Assembly (NCBI RefSeq): GCF_009914755.1
Contig: NC_060931.1
Length of the DNA stretch: 64,000 nucleotides
Strand: one strand, 5' to 3'
From: the human T2T-CHM13v2.0 reference genome, Homo sapiens
Shown here one piece after another: positions 50,700 through 64,000 of this stretch. The position numbers were made by a program, and so were the translations under genes. Every line of letters starts with the position of its first letter. Position 1 is the stretch's first letter. The notes under the pieces are model-generated. The model ran no database searches. It was not told where the DNA came from and saw only the letters and a list, made by a program, of their open reading frames with translations.

Positions 50700-51056
50700 A
50701 CCACTCACTCCTACTCTCTGTGATATTCACAAGAGCTCACTGACTCCATTTGATCAGGGTGTGCATATGGTGGGCACCTTCTATACGATGTGCAGTATGT
50801 AGATGAGGTTTGGAGGGTTGTGGCCTGTCTTTCCTCAATTTGGAACGCCTCTGAAGGGTCTTCTGTGACCTAGGACTTCCATGGGTTTTATTGAGACTTC
50901 TGGGGCCAACATACCACATTTCAAATTCTTTCTCTGCTCAGTCTGTTTTTCTCTGTCCTCTTCCACAGGGGTTGATCCTGAGACCACACCCAAGAAACTT
51001 CCTGCAAGCAAAACTACATTTCAGAGTATACCTCCTGGGGACCCAAACTGTGACCA
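50700..51056 (+). mobile_element. Old ERVL LTR fragment (LTR16/LTR33-like)
   Basis: 3' end CACAGGGGTTGATCCTGAGA...CCTGGGGACCCAAACTGTGAC. Confidence 0.5.
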
Positions 51057-52152
51057 TTTTTAAACATTGCCTTACTCTGTACTCTCTGGAGTTTAATTCC
51101 TATCTAAACATCTAAACTTTCTCCTCTTACTACCGGGTCCCCAGCATCTGTCCCATTCTTGCAGGTTTGTTTTATGGTGTAGCCAACCATGCATCGCATG
51201 CCTGTGTGCAGCCGTGCTGTGCTTTATGGCATGCACGAGCAGCTGAATTTCTGAAAATCGTCCAACTTGGGAACTTTTGATCTATCAGTCCTCTTTGTGT
51301 GTTGAGTATGGGCTGTAATTTTGGGGGCATGCAAAAGTATATTGTATTGGTCAGTTTTGCTGTCATAATACCCACTGCCCCATCTTAGCATCTTGCTCAA
51401 GGACGTTTCCTGCTGATGTCTCATGTTGGTGGCAGCAGTGCTGTTAGGTGTCTTCTCACTCTAGGATCCAGGCTGAAAAGCAGCTCTGAGCTAGAAGATG
51501 CCATCCTCATAAAAGAGAACAAAGAGTAAGCATCAGCTCCAAGTCACATGATAACCTTTAAAGCTTCAGCCTGGACAGGTGTATATCACACCTGCTCTCA
51601 TTTCACTGCCAAAGACAACTCATGTGACCCAGGATTACTGTTGGGTGACAGGGAAGCATTGCAAGTAACAGGCAATGAGTAGTTTGCATCATCCTTGTAC
51701 AGCTTGTACATCCTTTTATTGCTTGGGAACAATAAAATGACATATCCAAAACACCTCTATCCAAAATACCACTCCCATATGTCTGTCACTGCCATTAAAA
51801 TTCTCTGACTTTGAATTAAGGCACTGACTTTCCTGAAGGCTTCCATTAAAACACAAACATTTTATTCCTGAGAAGTAATGCATTTGTCCACCATCTTATT
51901 TACATTAATTATTTTAACCTCTTCATATTTTTGCTCCATAATGCAAAGCAGCAGTTCGAGTCTGAGAGGTTGACAGTGAGATGTAAAGAAGTATAACTGA
52001 AATCACATTCTGTCTTCTTATGTGCCTAACCTATTTATTCTGGTGACATCTGGTTAAAACGATCCTCTTGAATTGCTTCCTAGAAAAAAAATAAGAAATA
52101 AAACTTACATCATAAAAGTTTTATTATTAAAGTTCTCAGATTGTCTATATAA

Positions 52153-52477
<325 letters not shown>

Positions 52478-52876
52478 TGTTTAATACTATTTTATTCTGC
52501 CTCCTTATATTTAATTGTCATAATATGCCTGTAAGATAGACATTATGATTTTCATTAGTTATAAGAAGGATTTGTAAAAAAATTTTAGCAACTATATAAT
52601 TCGTATGCCTTATAATTGCTGTTGACTGGGTGGCAGTCACATTCCCGTGGTCACTGCACAGGGAATCAGGATGGAGTATTGTTTCCTAACACATTCATGA
52701 CTGATGCTCTCGGGTATAGAGAAAACAGGAGCATTGATGAAAGAGCGTGAGAAAAGTTCAAACAGTCAAACTTTGGATGTGACAAAATTTTAATAATACA
52801 CTAACCTAGTCATTTCATATATATATATATTTAGTTTTGCACAGCAGTGACACACAATAAACACCACTATTTTATT

Positions 52877-52999
52877 ATTTATGCCTAGTGTTCCATTATT
52901 GGAACGCTAAGCAAATGGGGGTTGCATCCTACTGCTTAAGGTCATCGGCAAGGTCTGACTGCAAAAATTCAAAAAACTGCAACCTCAGGCATAAGTGGG
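52877..52999 (+). mobile_element. MER85 piggyBac (PGBD3-derived) MITE
   Basis: ATTTATGCCTAGTGTTCCATTATTGGAACGCTAAGC...TGCAACCTCAGGCATAAGTGGG followed by TTAA (53000-53003). The left TIR lacks its terminal CCC and TTAA. Strand is given relative to PGBD3. Confidence 0.9.
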
Positions 53000-53149
53000 T
53001 TAAGCTTAAAAGAGCTTTTCAAAAGTTATAAAAATTCTGATAAGAGTATTTTGTCACAATCTAATTGCTAAGTTTATTTTAATTAGTACATAAATGATAA
53101 GACTTACAATTGGTGGTAGATTAGATTTGATAAGAAACACTTTTATTAA

Positions 53150-53235
53150 AGCCAATTTACAGCTGAGGAAACTAAGGTGCACAGAAGCTAAGTACCTTGC
53201 CTAAGGCCATAGAACTCAGGGTTTCTGCAATAGTC
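53150..53235 (-). mobile_element. MIR core fragment
   Basis: TTTACAGCTGAGGAAACTAAGGTGCACAGAAGCTAAGTACCTTGCCTAAGGCCA. Confidence 0.75.
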
Positions 53236-54306
53236 ACTTTATTCCTTGTCTTTCCTAAATAACTGGGCTCCAGTTCTTTTTAGCACCACCTTCTCTGAAA
53301 TGAGACTAAGGGAGCTGTAAAAAGAGTAGAGTATTGATTTTGACACAATTCTCTGTGTCCTCCAAACACATACTTTTCCACAAATTAATCAATGTGGTCT
53401 TCTGCAAGTTACTTAAAATACGTGAACCTACGATTCTCCATTAGTGTGATGACAATCACCACACCTGTGAGGATCAGGCGCTAACGTAATGCAACAACAG
53501 GAAATGTAAATAGAAACGTGACACGGACCCTGGCATCAAGTCCATGCTCCAGGAAGTCAGTTCCCTTCACCTTTCGTATCTGGAAACCTCAATGGGTCCT
53601 CATAGCCTGTCAATCAATATCTTTCATGGCTTACTCCTAGTCTGGCCAGGATCAGCCCTGCTTCGTACTGCACGGTTGAGAATGCTATGACAGCAGAGGC
53701 AGCTCTTATTTTTGATGACTGCAGGGCAAGTGTTACCTTAAGCTTCTGGCCAGAATGTCTCATTAGATGTTACCTGTAGAGTCGCAGAGCCACTTTCTTG
53801 AAGATCTGAACAAAAGTATAAATTCTGAAAAGATATTAAACTGTGCATTGCTCTAGTCTAAAATTCCCAAGTCAAGGTGATTGCCATGAAGAGAGGGACT
53901 TTGGAGAATTCAGCATGATTAGCTGGTGTAACTTTAGCTCTCAGTAGGGAAGCAATATCAGAGTGATCAAGGATACCCCAATAGAAATGCCATGGCCTAA
54001 GGCAGCACCAATAAATCTATCAACTAGCTGTTATTGAGTCTGTAATGTGTTCAGGATTTAAAATGAGCCCTGAAGAATCTCACTAATAAGAAAGAACAGA
54101 CAAACTTATGAGGAAATTTATATTCAAATGTCTGTTGTCTTCTATTGGTTGCTGATTTGTTGAGTAAAGACCAAAAGTATGTTAGTTACTCATAGCAGAG
54201 CTAATTAGCTAGCAAATGCTTCCCAGGGTATCTCAGAAGGGTAGAGATGATTTATTAAGGCTTAGGGCCTGAGAAAAGGCAGTGTTGGGAGATTGTCTGG
54301 TTCTTT

Positions 54307-54596
54307 CTTTTTTTTGAGACAGAGTCTCACTCTGTCTCCCTGGCTGGAGTGCAGTGGTATGAACTTGGTTCACTGCAACCTCCGCCTCTGGGGTTCAAGT
54401 GATTCTCCTGCCTCAGCCTCCTGATAAGCTGGAATTACAGGTGTGTGCCACCATGTCCAGCTAATTTTTGTATTTTCAGTAGAGATGGGGTTTTACCATG
54501 TTGACCAGGCTGATCTTGAACTCTTGACCTCAAGTGATCCACCCACCTCAGCCTCCCAAAGTGCTGGGATTACAGGCATGAGCCACCATGCCCAGT
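54307..54596 (-). mobile_element. AluS (Sz-like)
   Basis: Antisense dimer; TSD GTCTGGTTCTTT at 54295-54306 and 54595-54606. Confidence 0.95.
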
Positions 54597-55355
54597 CTGG
54601 TTCTTTGCTTAGGTGGAGAACTCAGGCCCGGGGAACACAGAGGGCTCGCAGTGTGTGAAGGCAGCATCATATCAGTGGGGCAAGTAGGGCTCCGACATGG
54701 TTTTCTATTAAGTGTTTCTGTACGTTAACTTGTTTTTTAAAATCAGTTGACTCTCTCTGACAACATTGTTTGCTCATGTATTTAATCTGATGGGCAATTA
54801 TTGAGCCACTGTCTACCTAAATACCTACTTAGTAATAGGATAAACTCAAAAGATTTGGAAGATCTATATTATGTCTTATTTCCCCAACGAAACCATGAGT
54901 TATTTTGTTCGTAAGGACTGGGCACCGTATGTGTGAAATACATTACAGATATACGATTAGATGTGATAACCTAAGGCAAATCACGACCCAGAGTGTATTT
55001 ATAAGACTTGCCCCTCCCTTATTTCTTCCCTTTTGATGATTGGCGTCCTTTCCCTACGACGATTCCCACTTATGTCAGATAAAGCTTTAATTGCCTTTCT
55101 CAGACAACTCATTTATACTTAACAGAGTTCTCCAGTGCTGCAGAGGTCTCACTAATTATGAAGTTTTAGGCAAAATGGGGCAGTTGTTTCCTGGGGTGAG
55201 AGCAGATGGGGGTATCTGTTTCTTTCTCAGTACTCACTTGCTTGATGCTTGTCTACACTTCTGCTTATTATCAGTAGTGACAATAGAGTAAAATTGTCAA
55301 CGTGAATTTAGCATTAGTAGGTGTTGGGGCAAATGGGGACTTAGAGATAATTTAA

Positions 55356-55488
55356 TTCACCATGTTGACCAGGCTGGTCTTGAACTCCTGACCTCAAGTG
55401 ATCCACCCACCTTGGCCTCCCGAGTAGCTGGAATTACAGGTGTGTGCCACCATGCCCAACTAATTTTTGTATTTTTAGTAGAAACGGG
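55356..55488 (-). mobile_element. Rearranged (circularly permuted) monomer-length Alu fragment
   Basis: The left-arm segment 55356-55421 precedes the right-arm/linker segment 55422-55488, the reverse of their order in an antisense Alu; no tail and no TSD. Confidence 0.88.
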
Positions 55489-56837
55489 ATGAAGTTTTAG
55501 GCAAACTGCGGCAGTTTTTCTACTTTTGAAATAAATAATTGGGGAGGAGAGATTGACCAGCTCCCATAAGCAGACGGCCCTCTGAGGACAACAGCCTCTA
55601 GTCCCTTTAACTCCCTGCTCTTGCCCATCCTGTGACCTTTCCACTCTTGCAGAAAAGGTAATTCAGTTCCTCTTTTAATTTCTTCTTGCTGCATTGGAAA
55701 AAAAAACAACTATAAATAAAAAGTGGGCTGTCAATATTCACAAAATCTGGACACGATCCACTCTTTCAGGCCCAATTTATATCTCCCTTCCTCGAAGAAC
55801 ATCTTCTGATTTATCTGGGCTTCAATGAACTTTATCTCTCTGGAGCATCTTTAAAATGTATATAGTCACTTCCACATAGGAAACGACTTAAGAATTATAA
55901 TGTGGTGGACTAATTGTTGGTTTTGTCTTACTGATTGGATTGTAAACTTCTTAGGGGTAGTGAACCCTGTCGTCTGTATTATTCTCAGGGCATGGCTGCA
56001 CTGAGCATAACACGGCTGGGTGACCACATTGTATTCCAGAGGGCAGCTGCTAGGGGTCATACTCTCCTCTAATACGAGTAGACATGTTTCTTGCCTTCAT
56101 CATAAGTTCTCAAAATCTGGCTGATTTGAATTTGTATTCTTCTACTATCCAGAGTTACTTGGTAGAAAAATGAGGACCCTCTAGGAATTGCTGGAGTAAA
56201 GAAGCAAAGTAGGGCAACTATTTTCTGTAAGCGAGGCCCTAACGGCATTTAGAGACGGGAGAAGAGGAAGCCAAAAAATCTTCCTCAAGCTCAATTTCGA
56301 GGCCTCGGGAGGCACAAAGAAGTGTTGTAAGTTATTTCAATTACAGGAAGTAGGCTTAAAAAGCTAAATTAATAATTGACCATTTTAAATTATTTAAACC
56401 CGTAGTTCTTAACCTCTTTTGAATACTGGACCCCTCTGAGAACGAGGAAAGCTACAGATCTTATCTTGAAACAAATGGATATACACACAGACGTTTGTAA
56501 ATAAACTCAAGAGATTCATGGCCACCTAATGGCCATCCGAAAGCCCTGAGCTTTGATGGCAGCAAACAGGGGGCTCATTTTCACTCTCAACAGCATTCCT
56601 GGCAGCAGATTTAGGATTAAACCACTGAAACCAACAGCCAGAGCTGATGCATGAAAAGATACTCTATCTTAAAGCCTCATAAGTAGCTTCTCATATGAAA
56701 AATGTTATTATTCTTTAGTGAGGAGGAGGGCTGGAGGAAGTGGCCTGCATTTTCTAGGCATTAAAGCCTCATATGGTGATCTGGGAAAGGCACTAATTTC
56801 TCCGAAGGGCTCTAGCAAGTTAAAGAAAACAGATATG

Positions 56838-57191
<354 letters not shown>

Positions 57192-57956
57192 TCAGGATAT
57201 ATTTGGACCATTCATGCATTGACAGGTTTATTTCCCTTGGACAATCAGATTCCATAAGAATAGTGCAAGTTCAACCCCAAAATCCCGTTACCCTCTTCTC
57301 TGCAGATTTCTGGTTTCCAGTTTACAAAGGAATAAAACTTTACCTCTCATGCTGGGGAATGAGGAGGGCCTAGAAAATGAGGTCAAGAACTTCATTGGGA
57401 TGAGGATTGGGAGAGAGACAGAGACACCCTTTGTGTCAAGTAAATGATCTGGAGCTCAATGGAAGCCTTCAGGGGAAAGGAGGAAGATGTCACTCCAGGA
57501 ACGAGGACATCCAATGCTAGAGCAAGAGTCTGCACCTCACAAGGAGCTGGAGAAACCCCTTCTCACTTCAAAATGCTTTGCTTGAACATTTTCAGTTGCA
57601 AGTGGAACTTCAATACAAGTGATTATTTATCAAATACATGTGTCATCTCGGTAGGGCTGAAAGACCCCCATATGAAAATGTGTCTTTATCTGAAACCGTA
57701 ATTTTTTTCTTCTTTGCCTTGCATTATTTTTAATTGACACATGATCATTGTACATGTCTATAGAGTACATTGTGATATTTTAATACATGCCTACAAAATG
57801 CAATGATCAAATCAGGGTAATGAGCATATCTACCACCACAAACGTTTATCACCTCTTTGTGTTGGGGACATTCAAAATCCGCTCTTCTAGCTGTTTGAAA
57901 ATATACAATAGATCATTATTAATTATACTGACGGTGCTATAGAACACTAGAACTGA

Positions 57957-58529
<573 letters not shown>

Positions 58530-60599
58530 TGAGATCATCTGGTATTCATCTTTCTGTGCCTGACTTATTTTACTTAATATAATGTCCTTTGAATTCATCC
58601 ATGTTATTGCAAGTGACAGAATTTTATTCTTTTTTATGGCTGAATAATATTCTATCATATACATATACCACATTTTATTTATCCATTCATCTGCTGATGG
58701 ACACTTAGGTTGATTTCAATTTTTGGCTATTGTGAATAGTGCTGCAATAAACATGGCACTGCAGGTACCTTTTTGATAGTATATACTAATTTTCTTTTCT
58801 GTGTCCGTATACCCAGTAGTGGGATTGCTGGATGATCTAGTATTTCCATGTTTAGTTCTTTGAGGAAACTTCATACTGTTTCCCATAGTAGTTGTACTGA
58901 TTTCACATTCCTACTAACAATACTATAAAAGTTCCTCTGTCTCCGCATCCTTGCCAGAATTTGTTATTTTTGTCTTTTTTTTTTCTAATAACCATTCTAG
59001 CTGGGGTGAGATTATATCTTACGTAGTTTTGATTTGCGTTTCTCTGATGATCAGTGATGTTGAGCATCTTTTCATATGCCTGTTTGCCATTTGTATTCTT
59101 CTTTTGAGAAATGTCTATTCAGATCTTTTTTTCCATTTTTTAATTGGATTATTGGATTTTTTTCCTATAGAGTTGCTTGAGCTCCTTATATAGTTGGTTA
59201 TTAATCCCTTGTCATTTCCTTAGTTAAATGTATTTTGAGGTATTTTTTGGGTAGCTATTATAAATGAGATTGCTTTCATGATTTCTTTTTCAGTGAGTTA
59301 GGTTTATAGAAATGCTACTGATTTTTGTTTGTTGAGTCTGTGTCCCTCAACTTTACTGAATTTGTTTATCAGTTCTAAAGGTTTTGTGCTGGAGCTTTTA
59401 GGGTTTTCTACTTATAAGATCATATTGTCTGCAAAGAGAGACAATTTTTACTTTCTCCTTTTCAATGTAGAGAGTTTTTTAATTTTTATTTTTATTTTAA
59501 GTTCTGGGGTATGCGGGCAGGATGTGCAGGTTTGTTACATAGGTAAACGTGTGCCATGGCAGTTTGCCGCACCTATCAACCCATCACCTAGGTATTAAGC
59601 CCAGCATGCAATAGCTCTTTTTCCTAATGCTCTCCCTTCCCCACCTCCCTGCCCCTTATTTCTTTCTTTTGTCTAATTACTCTAGCTAGAGCTTCCAGTA
59701 TTATGTTGAATAAGAGTGTTAAGAGTCGGCATCCTTGCCTTGTTCCAGTTCAGTTTCATCACATTTCAGTATGATGTTAGCTGTGGGTTTGTCATACATG
59801 GCCTTTATCATGTTGAGGTACATTCCGCCTATGCCTAATTTGTTGAGAATTTTTATCATGAACGCTGTCGAATTTTATCAAATGCTCCTTCTGTCTATTG
59901 AGATGATCATCTTGTTTCTCTCCTTTATTCTGTTGATGTGATGTATCATGTTTATTGATTTGAGTATGTTGAACCATCCTTGCATCCCTAGGATAAGTCC
60001 CACCTGATCATGGCAAATGATCTTTTTTTAATATGCTGCTAGATTTTGTTTGCTAGTATTTTGTTGAGGATTTTTGTGTCTATATTCATCGGGAATATTG
60101 GCATATAGTTTTTGTTTTTCTCTTGTGTCCTTGTTTGGTTTTGGAATTAGAGAAATCCTGGCCTCATAAAATGAGAATTCCCTTCTCTTCAGTTTTCTGG
60201 AAAAGTTTGAGAAGAATTGGTATAAATTCTTTAAATGTTCAGTAGAATTCAGCAGTGATTTTATCTAGTCCTAGGCTTTCTGTTTTTGTTTGTTTGTTTG
60301 TTTGTTTTAACTTTTACTTTAGGTTCATGGGGAAATGTTCAGGTTTGTTATATAGGTAAATTGTGTGCCATGGGGTTTGGTGTACAAATTATCTTCCCAC
60401 TCAGCTAACACTGATTCAATCTTATTACTGTAATTGTTCTGTTCAGGTGTTTTATTTCTCGGTTCAATCTTGGTGGGCTGTATGTGTCCAGGAATTTATC
60501 CATTTCTGCTAGGTTTTCTAGTTTGTTGACATATAGTCGTTCATAATGTAATCTCTAATTGCATTCTGGGGGCGAGAGGTGGGGGAGGAGCTCAATATT

Positions 60600-61470
60600 T
60601 AAAAGAATACAAAATGTTCAGTATCTAACAAGTTAAAATTCACAAAGTATGGCATTCAATTAAAGATTACTAAACATACAAAGAAGCAGAAAATTACAGC
60701 TCATAATAAGGATAATAATCCATTGAAACTAAACAGGAAAAAACATTAATGTTAGAATTAGCAGAAAGAGACATTATAATCATTGTATAACTGCATTCCA
60801 TGTATTCAAAAAGCTAAATAGAAGCATGGAAGTTACTTTAAAAAGAAATACATCAGGCCAGGCACAGTGGCTCATGCCTGTAATCCCAGCACTTTGGGAG
60901 GTGGAGGCAGGCAGATCACGAGGCCAGGAGTTTGAGACTAGCCTGACCAACATGGTGAAACCCTGTCTCTACTAAAAATACAAAAATTAGCTGGGCATGG
61001 TGGTGCATGCCTGTAATCCCAGCTACTCAGGAGGCTGAGGCAGGAGAATCACTTGAACCCACGAGGCAGAAAGTTGCAGTGAGCGGAGATCACGACACTG
61101 CACTCCAGCCTGGGCAACAGAGCCAGATTCTGTCTCAAAAAACAAACAAATAAACAAAAAACAACAAAAAAAGACATACATGACATTTCTAGAGACAAAG
61201 ACTACAATATCTAAAATAAATACAGTGAATGGGATTAATGGCAGATTAAGCATTCTTAATTAACATTAGTGAAATTGAAAACACAACAATAGAAACCATC
61301 CAAAATAAAACTTAGACAAAGAAAAGATTCAACAGAAAAACCAATCAACAAATCATCAGTGAGCTTTGGGGCAATCTCAGCCTCCTATAGATGTGATCAG
61401 AGTGCCTAAAGGAAGGTAGGGGTAATAAAAGATAAATCTATGAAGAAGAAATGACTGACAAATTTCAACA
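60600..61470 (+). mobile_element. Ancient LINE-1 ORF1-region fragment split by an Alu
   Basis: GTTAGAATTAGCAGAAAGAGACATT; GAATGGGATTAATGGCAGATTA; TTAGTGAAATTGAAAACACAACAATAGAAACCATCCAAAAT. Confidence 0.75.
60856..61166 (+). mobile_element. AluS (Sg/Sc-like)
   Basis: Full dimer with an AAAC-rich tail; TSD-like AAAAAGA(A/C)ATACAT. Confidence 0.94.
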
Positions 61471-62289
61471 AGGTAAAGGGATGAATTGGCCTTAAACAAA
61501 GTAGGACTCGGCAGAGAGCCTGGCAGGCCCTGGCTTCCACGAGGCCCGCACCATGGGCTCCGGATGCTTCTGGGCCAAGCATCCTCTCCTGTGTTAGTAG
61601 TTGGTTTTTCTCATCTCTACATTGCTATTTCCTAGGCACTCTGCCCAAGCCCCTGTGTCTTCAAGTTTATCAGGAAGGTGCCTGAGTGTCTCTCCTGCTG
61701 GTTTTCTCCCTGGGAACACTTTCTCAGCGTGGCGCCTCCACGGCGCCTGCTCCATCAGTCTGGCTGCCCTTGGACTCCTTGGCAGAGGGCCTCAGCTCCT
61801 CTGCGTGCTCCAGATCTGCCTTGGACAGCACCATCTCTGTGGCCACTTGCTGCTCCTTTCTCTGTGCTGCCTCTGCAGGGTGCCCTGCTGGTTCAGGGCC
61901 ATGTTAATAAGCATCAGAAGTGGCTCCTTCCCTCCATCCCTCTCTACCACCTCCAGGTTCGCAGCTTGCTGAAAGCCAGCCATCCCTGAGCATCGTCCAG
62001 CTCTGCATTGATAATTGGCCCTAACGCTCTAGGGGGCTGCCTCAGCCTGAGCCCCATCCCTGCCCACTTGCTACCACCGCTTACTGTCCTAGATTTACTC
62101 CTGAAGAGCTCAGTTCTCAAGCCTCAGTTTCCCTGAGGTGATCACAGCACGAAACTCACAACCTTCCAGCTCCCACTCTGGCTATGGTCCCCTCTGCTTG
62201 GGAATGCAGCAGCTCCTCCCCTGAATAATTAATTATTAGTAGGAATAGATTATTGATAAGTTAGTATTAATAAGTAATCACTTAAGCAC

Positions 62290-62785
62290 AATTACAATGT
62301 GTTAGAAGCAGCAGAGGATGTGGACAGAGTTTATAACCGAGAGATCTGACCTCGTCTGAGGAGTCGCAACAAATTCCCTTGGAAGTGATATGACTGATAA
62401 AACATTTAAGATATTGGAATAAGAAAATGAAAGGGAGGACTCAAAGAGGATAAATTACAGACAGAGGAAATTGAAGAGTGAGAAGCTTGGCTTTTCTGAG
62501 GACCTGAAGGAGGCTTGTGTTGCTGGAGCACAAAAGATAAAGGGGCAGTAATGAGAGGTCAGATTGTGCGGGTCTTGTCGAGGCCAGACTTGAGTGCTTG
62601 GCTCCTGTCCTAAGAGCAATGGGATAAATCTTTGAAAAGCTTTAAACAAGGCAATAAGATGATTAGGCCCGAATTGTAATGGGATGACTACGGAATGGAT
62701 TAGAGGTGCTTAAAACCATTTAGGAGACTTGCAGGACTCTAGATGCCTTGGACTGGATTAGGGGCAATGGAAAAAAAAAGAGGAA
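62290..62785 (-). mobile_element. L2 fragment
   Basis: TCCTAAGAGCAATGGGATAAATCTTTGAAAAGCTTTAAACAAGG antisense L2 motif. Confidence 0.65.
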
Positions 62786-63659
62786 GAAAACGCCAAAGCT
62801 AACTGGGGCACAACCAACAGGGAGTCCCACCGCTCAGTTCACCAAGCCCTGTGTCACTTCCATGTGAAATGATGGAGCTGAGACATAGGGTGAGGGTCGG
62901 GGGTGGGCACAGGGAGTGGGGGCAAGAAATGGAATCATTTCCAGAGCCTTTCTATCTGCGTGGAATTATTAAAGCACAAGAAAAATGGGAGAATCCAAAG
63001 GTCTGTACCATGAGGCGCCAAGTGGAAGGGTGTAGACCATAAGTTCCAGGAGAGATGGCCTTTCTTAGCAAGCAGGTGGAAGCTCTGGCTGTGGGAAGGT
63101 CTCCTGGAAGCAGTTGACTAGAGCCCAGCAAAGGCAGAAGAATTCGGTATCCTTTCTGACCGCTGCCTTCATCTAGTCCCAGAAAATCAGTGTTAGATAG
63201 AAGAGATTCTCATTAAAATAAACAGAATTTCTCACCCATGAAGGGCGATTGCATTTTGGAGGCAGGGGAATAAAGAGCTTAGAGAAGCTGTGGGTGTTTA
63301 AACACTCATAAAACAACCATTTTCACTTCCCTCTTCACAGGTGAGCTCTTCTGCTCACTTACCAGTTGTACATGTGATGACCAGGCCCCAGGACGGGTCT
63401 GAAAAACCACAGTTAACTTGGGGTTTCCCCTCCTACTCCCTGGGTTTTGCTGTGGGCATTGGAAAATGTCTTCCAGAGACATGATAACCTTTCTCACTTA
63501 ATCATTAAGCAATAGGAATATTTAGTTTTCCATTTTTTCCCCCTGTGTAAAGTCTACAGGTAATCCTGGAAATTTTTAAATTAAACTTCCACTGTAAGGG
63601 GTTCACTTATCTAACTTTATATCAGAATGTACAGTCAAGACCCATAACCCAAAAGCGTC

Positions 63660-64000
63660 TGTAATGGTTAATTTTATGTGTCAACCTGACTAGGCCATGG
63701 GGGTCCAGATGTTTGGTCAAACACTATTCTGAGTGCTTTTGTGAGATGATGAACATGTGAACTGGTAGAGAAAGCAAAGCAGGTCGTCCTCCCTCATGTG
63801 GGCAGGAGGGCCTGAAAAGAATAAAAAAAGACTGATTCTCCCTTCCTCTGAGTAAGAGAATTCTTGCTGCCTGTCTTCAAACTCGGATGTCAGCTTTATC
63901 CTGTCTCCAGACTCCAGCGGAAACATCTACTCTTTCTGGGCCTGGTGCCTGCTGGCCTTTGGAATGGAACTACACCATCAGCAATCCTGGGTCAGCTCAC
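63660..64000 (+). mobile_element. MLT2C/D-like ERVL LTR (runs off the window)
   Basis: TGTAATGGTTAATTTTATGTGTCAACCTGACTAGGCCA...GTTTGGTCAAACACTATTCTG. Confidence 0.85.

Overview
Primate (almost certainly human) non-coding DNA. Well over half of the window is interspersed repeats: 14 near-full-length Alus (J, S and Y classes) plus one rearranged Alu fragment, many decayed and nested LINE-1 pieces, MaLR LTRs (THE1, MST, MLT1), ERVL LTRs (MLT2, LTR16), a decayed ERVL provirus at 27.3-31.0 kb, L2/MIR relics and a piggyBac MITE (MER85). I find no credible protein-coding exon, RNA gene or CRISPR array; the ORF track is explained by repeats and chance. I cannot support a new multi-gene system. The best leads are: (1) a circularly permuted, monomer-length Alu piece with no tail or TSD, sitting inside a local duplication at 55.36 kb; (2) an identical 36-nt tract with private variants shared by the inverted Alus on either side of it; (3) a 70-bp tandem duplication of a TTTTACAG|GTGAG proto-splice site at 43 kb; (4) a MER85 that keeps the palindrome bound by CSB-PGBD3; (5) a very young AluYg6-like insertion; (6) a switch in L1/Alu orientation near 40-43 kb. 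Subfamily names come from recalled consensus sequences, not from a RepeatMasker run. Boundaries of old elements are approximate (about +/-50 bp).
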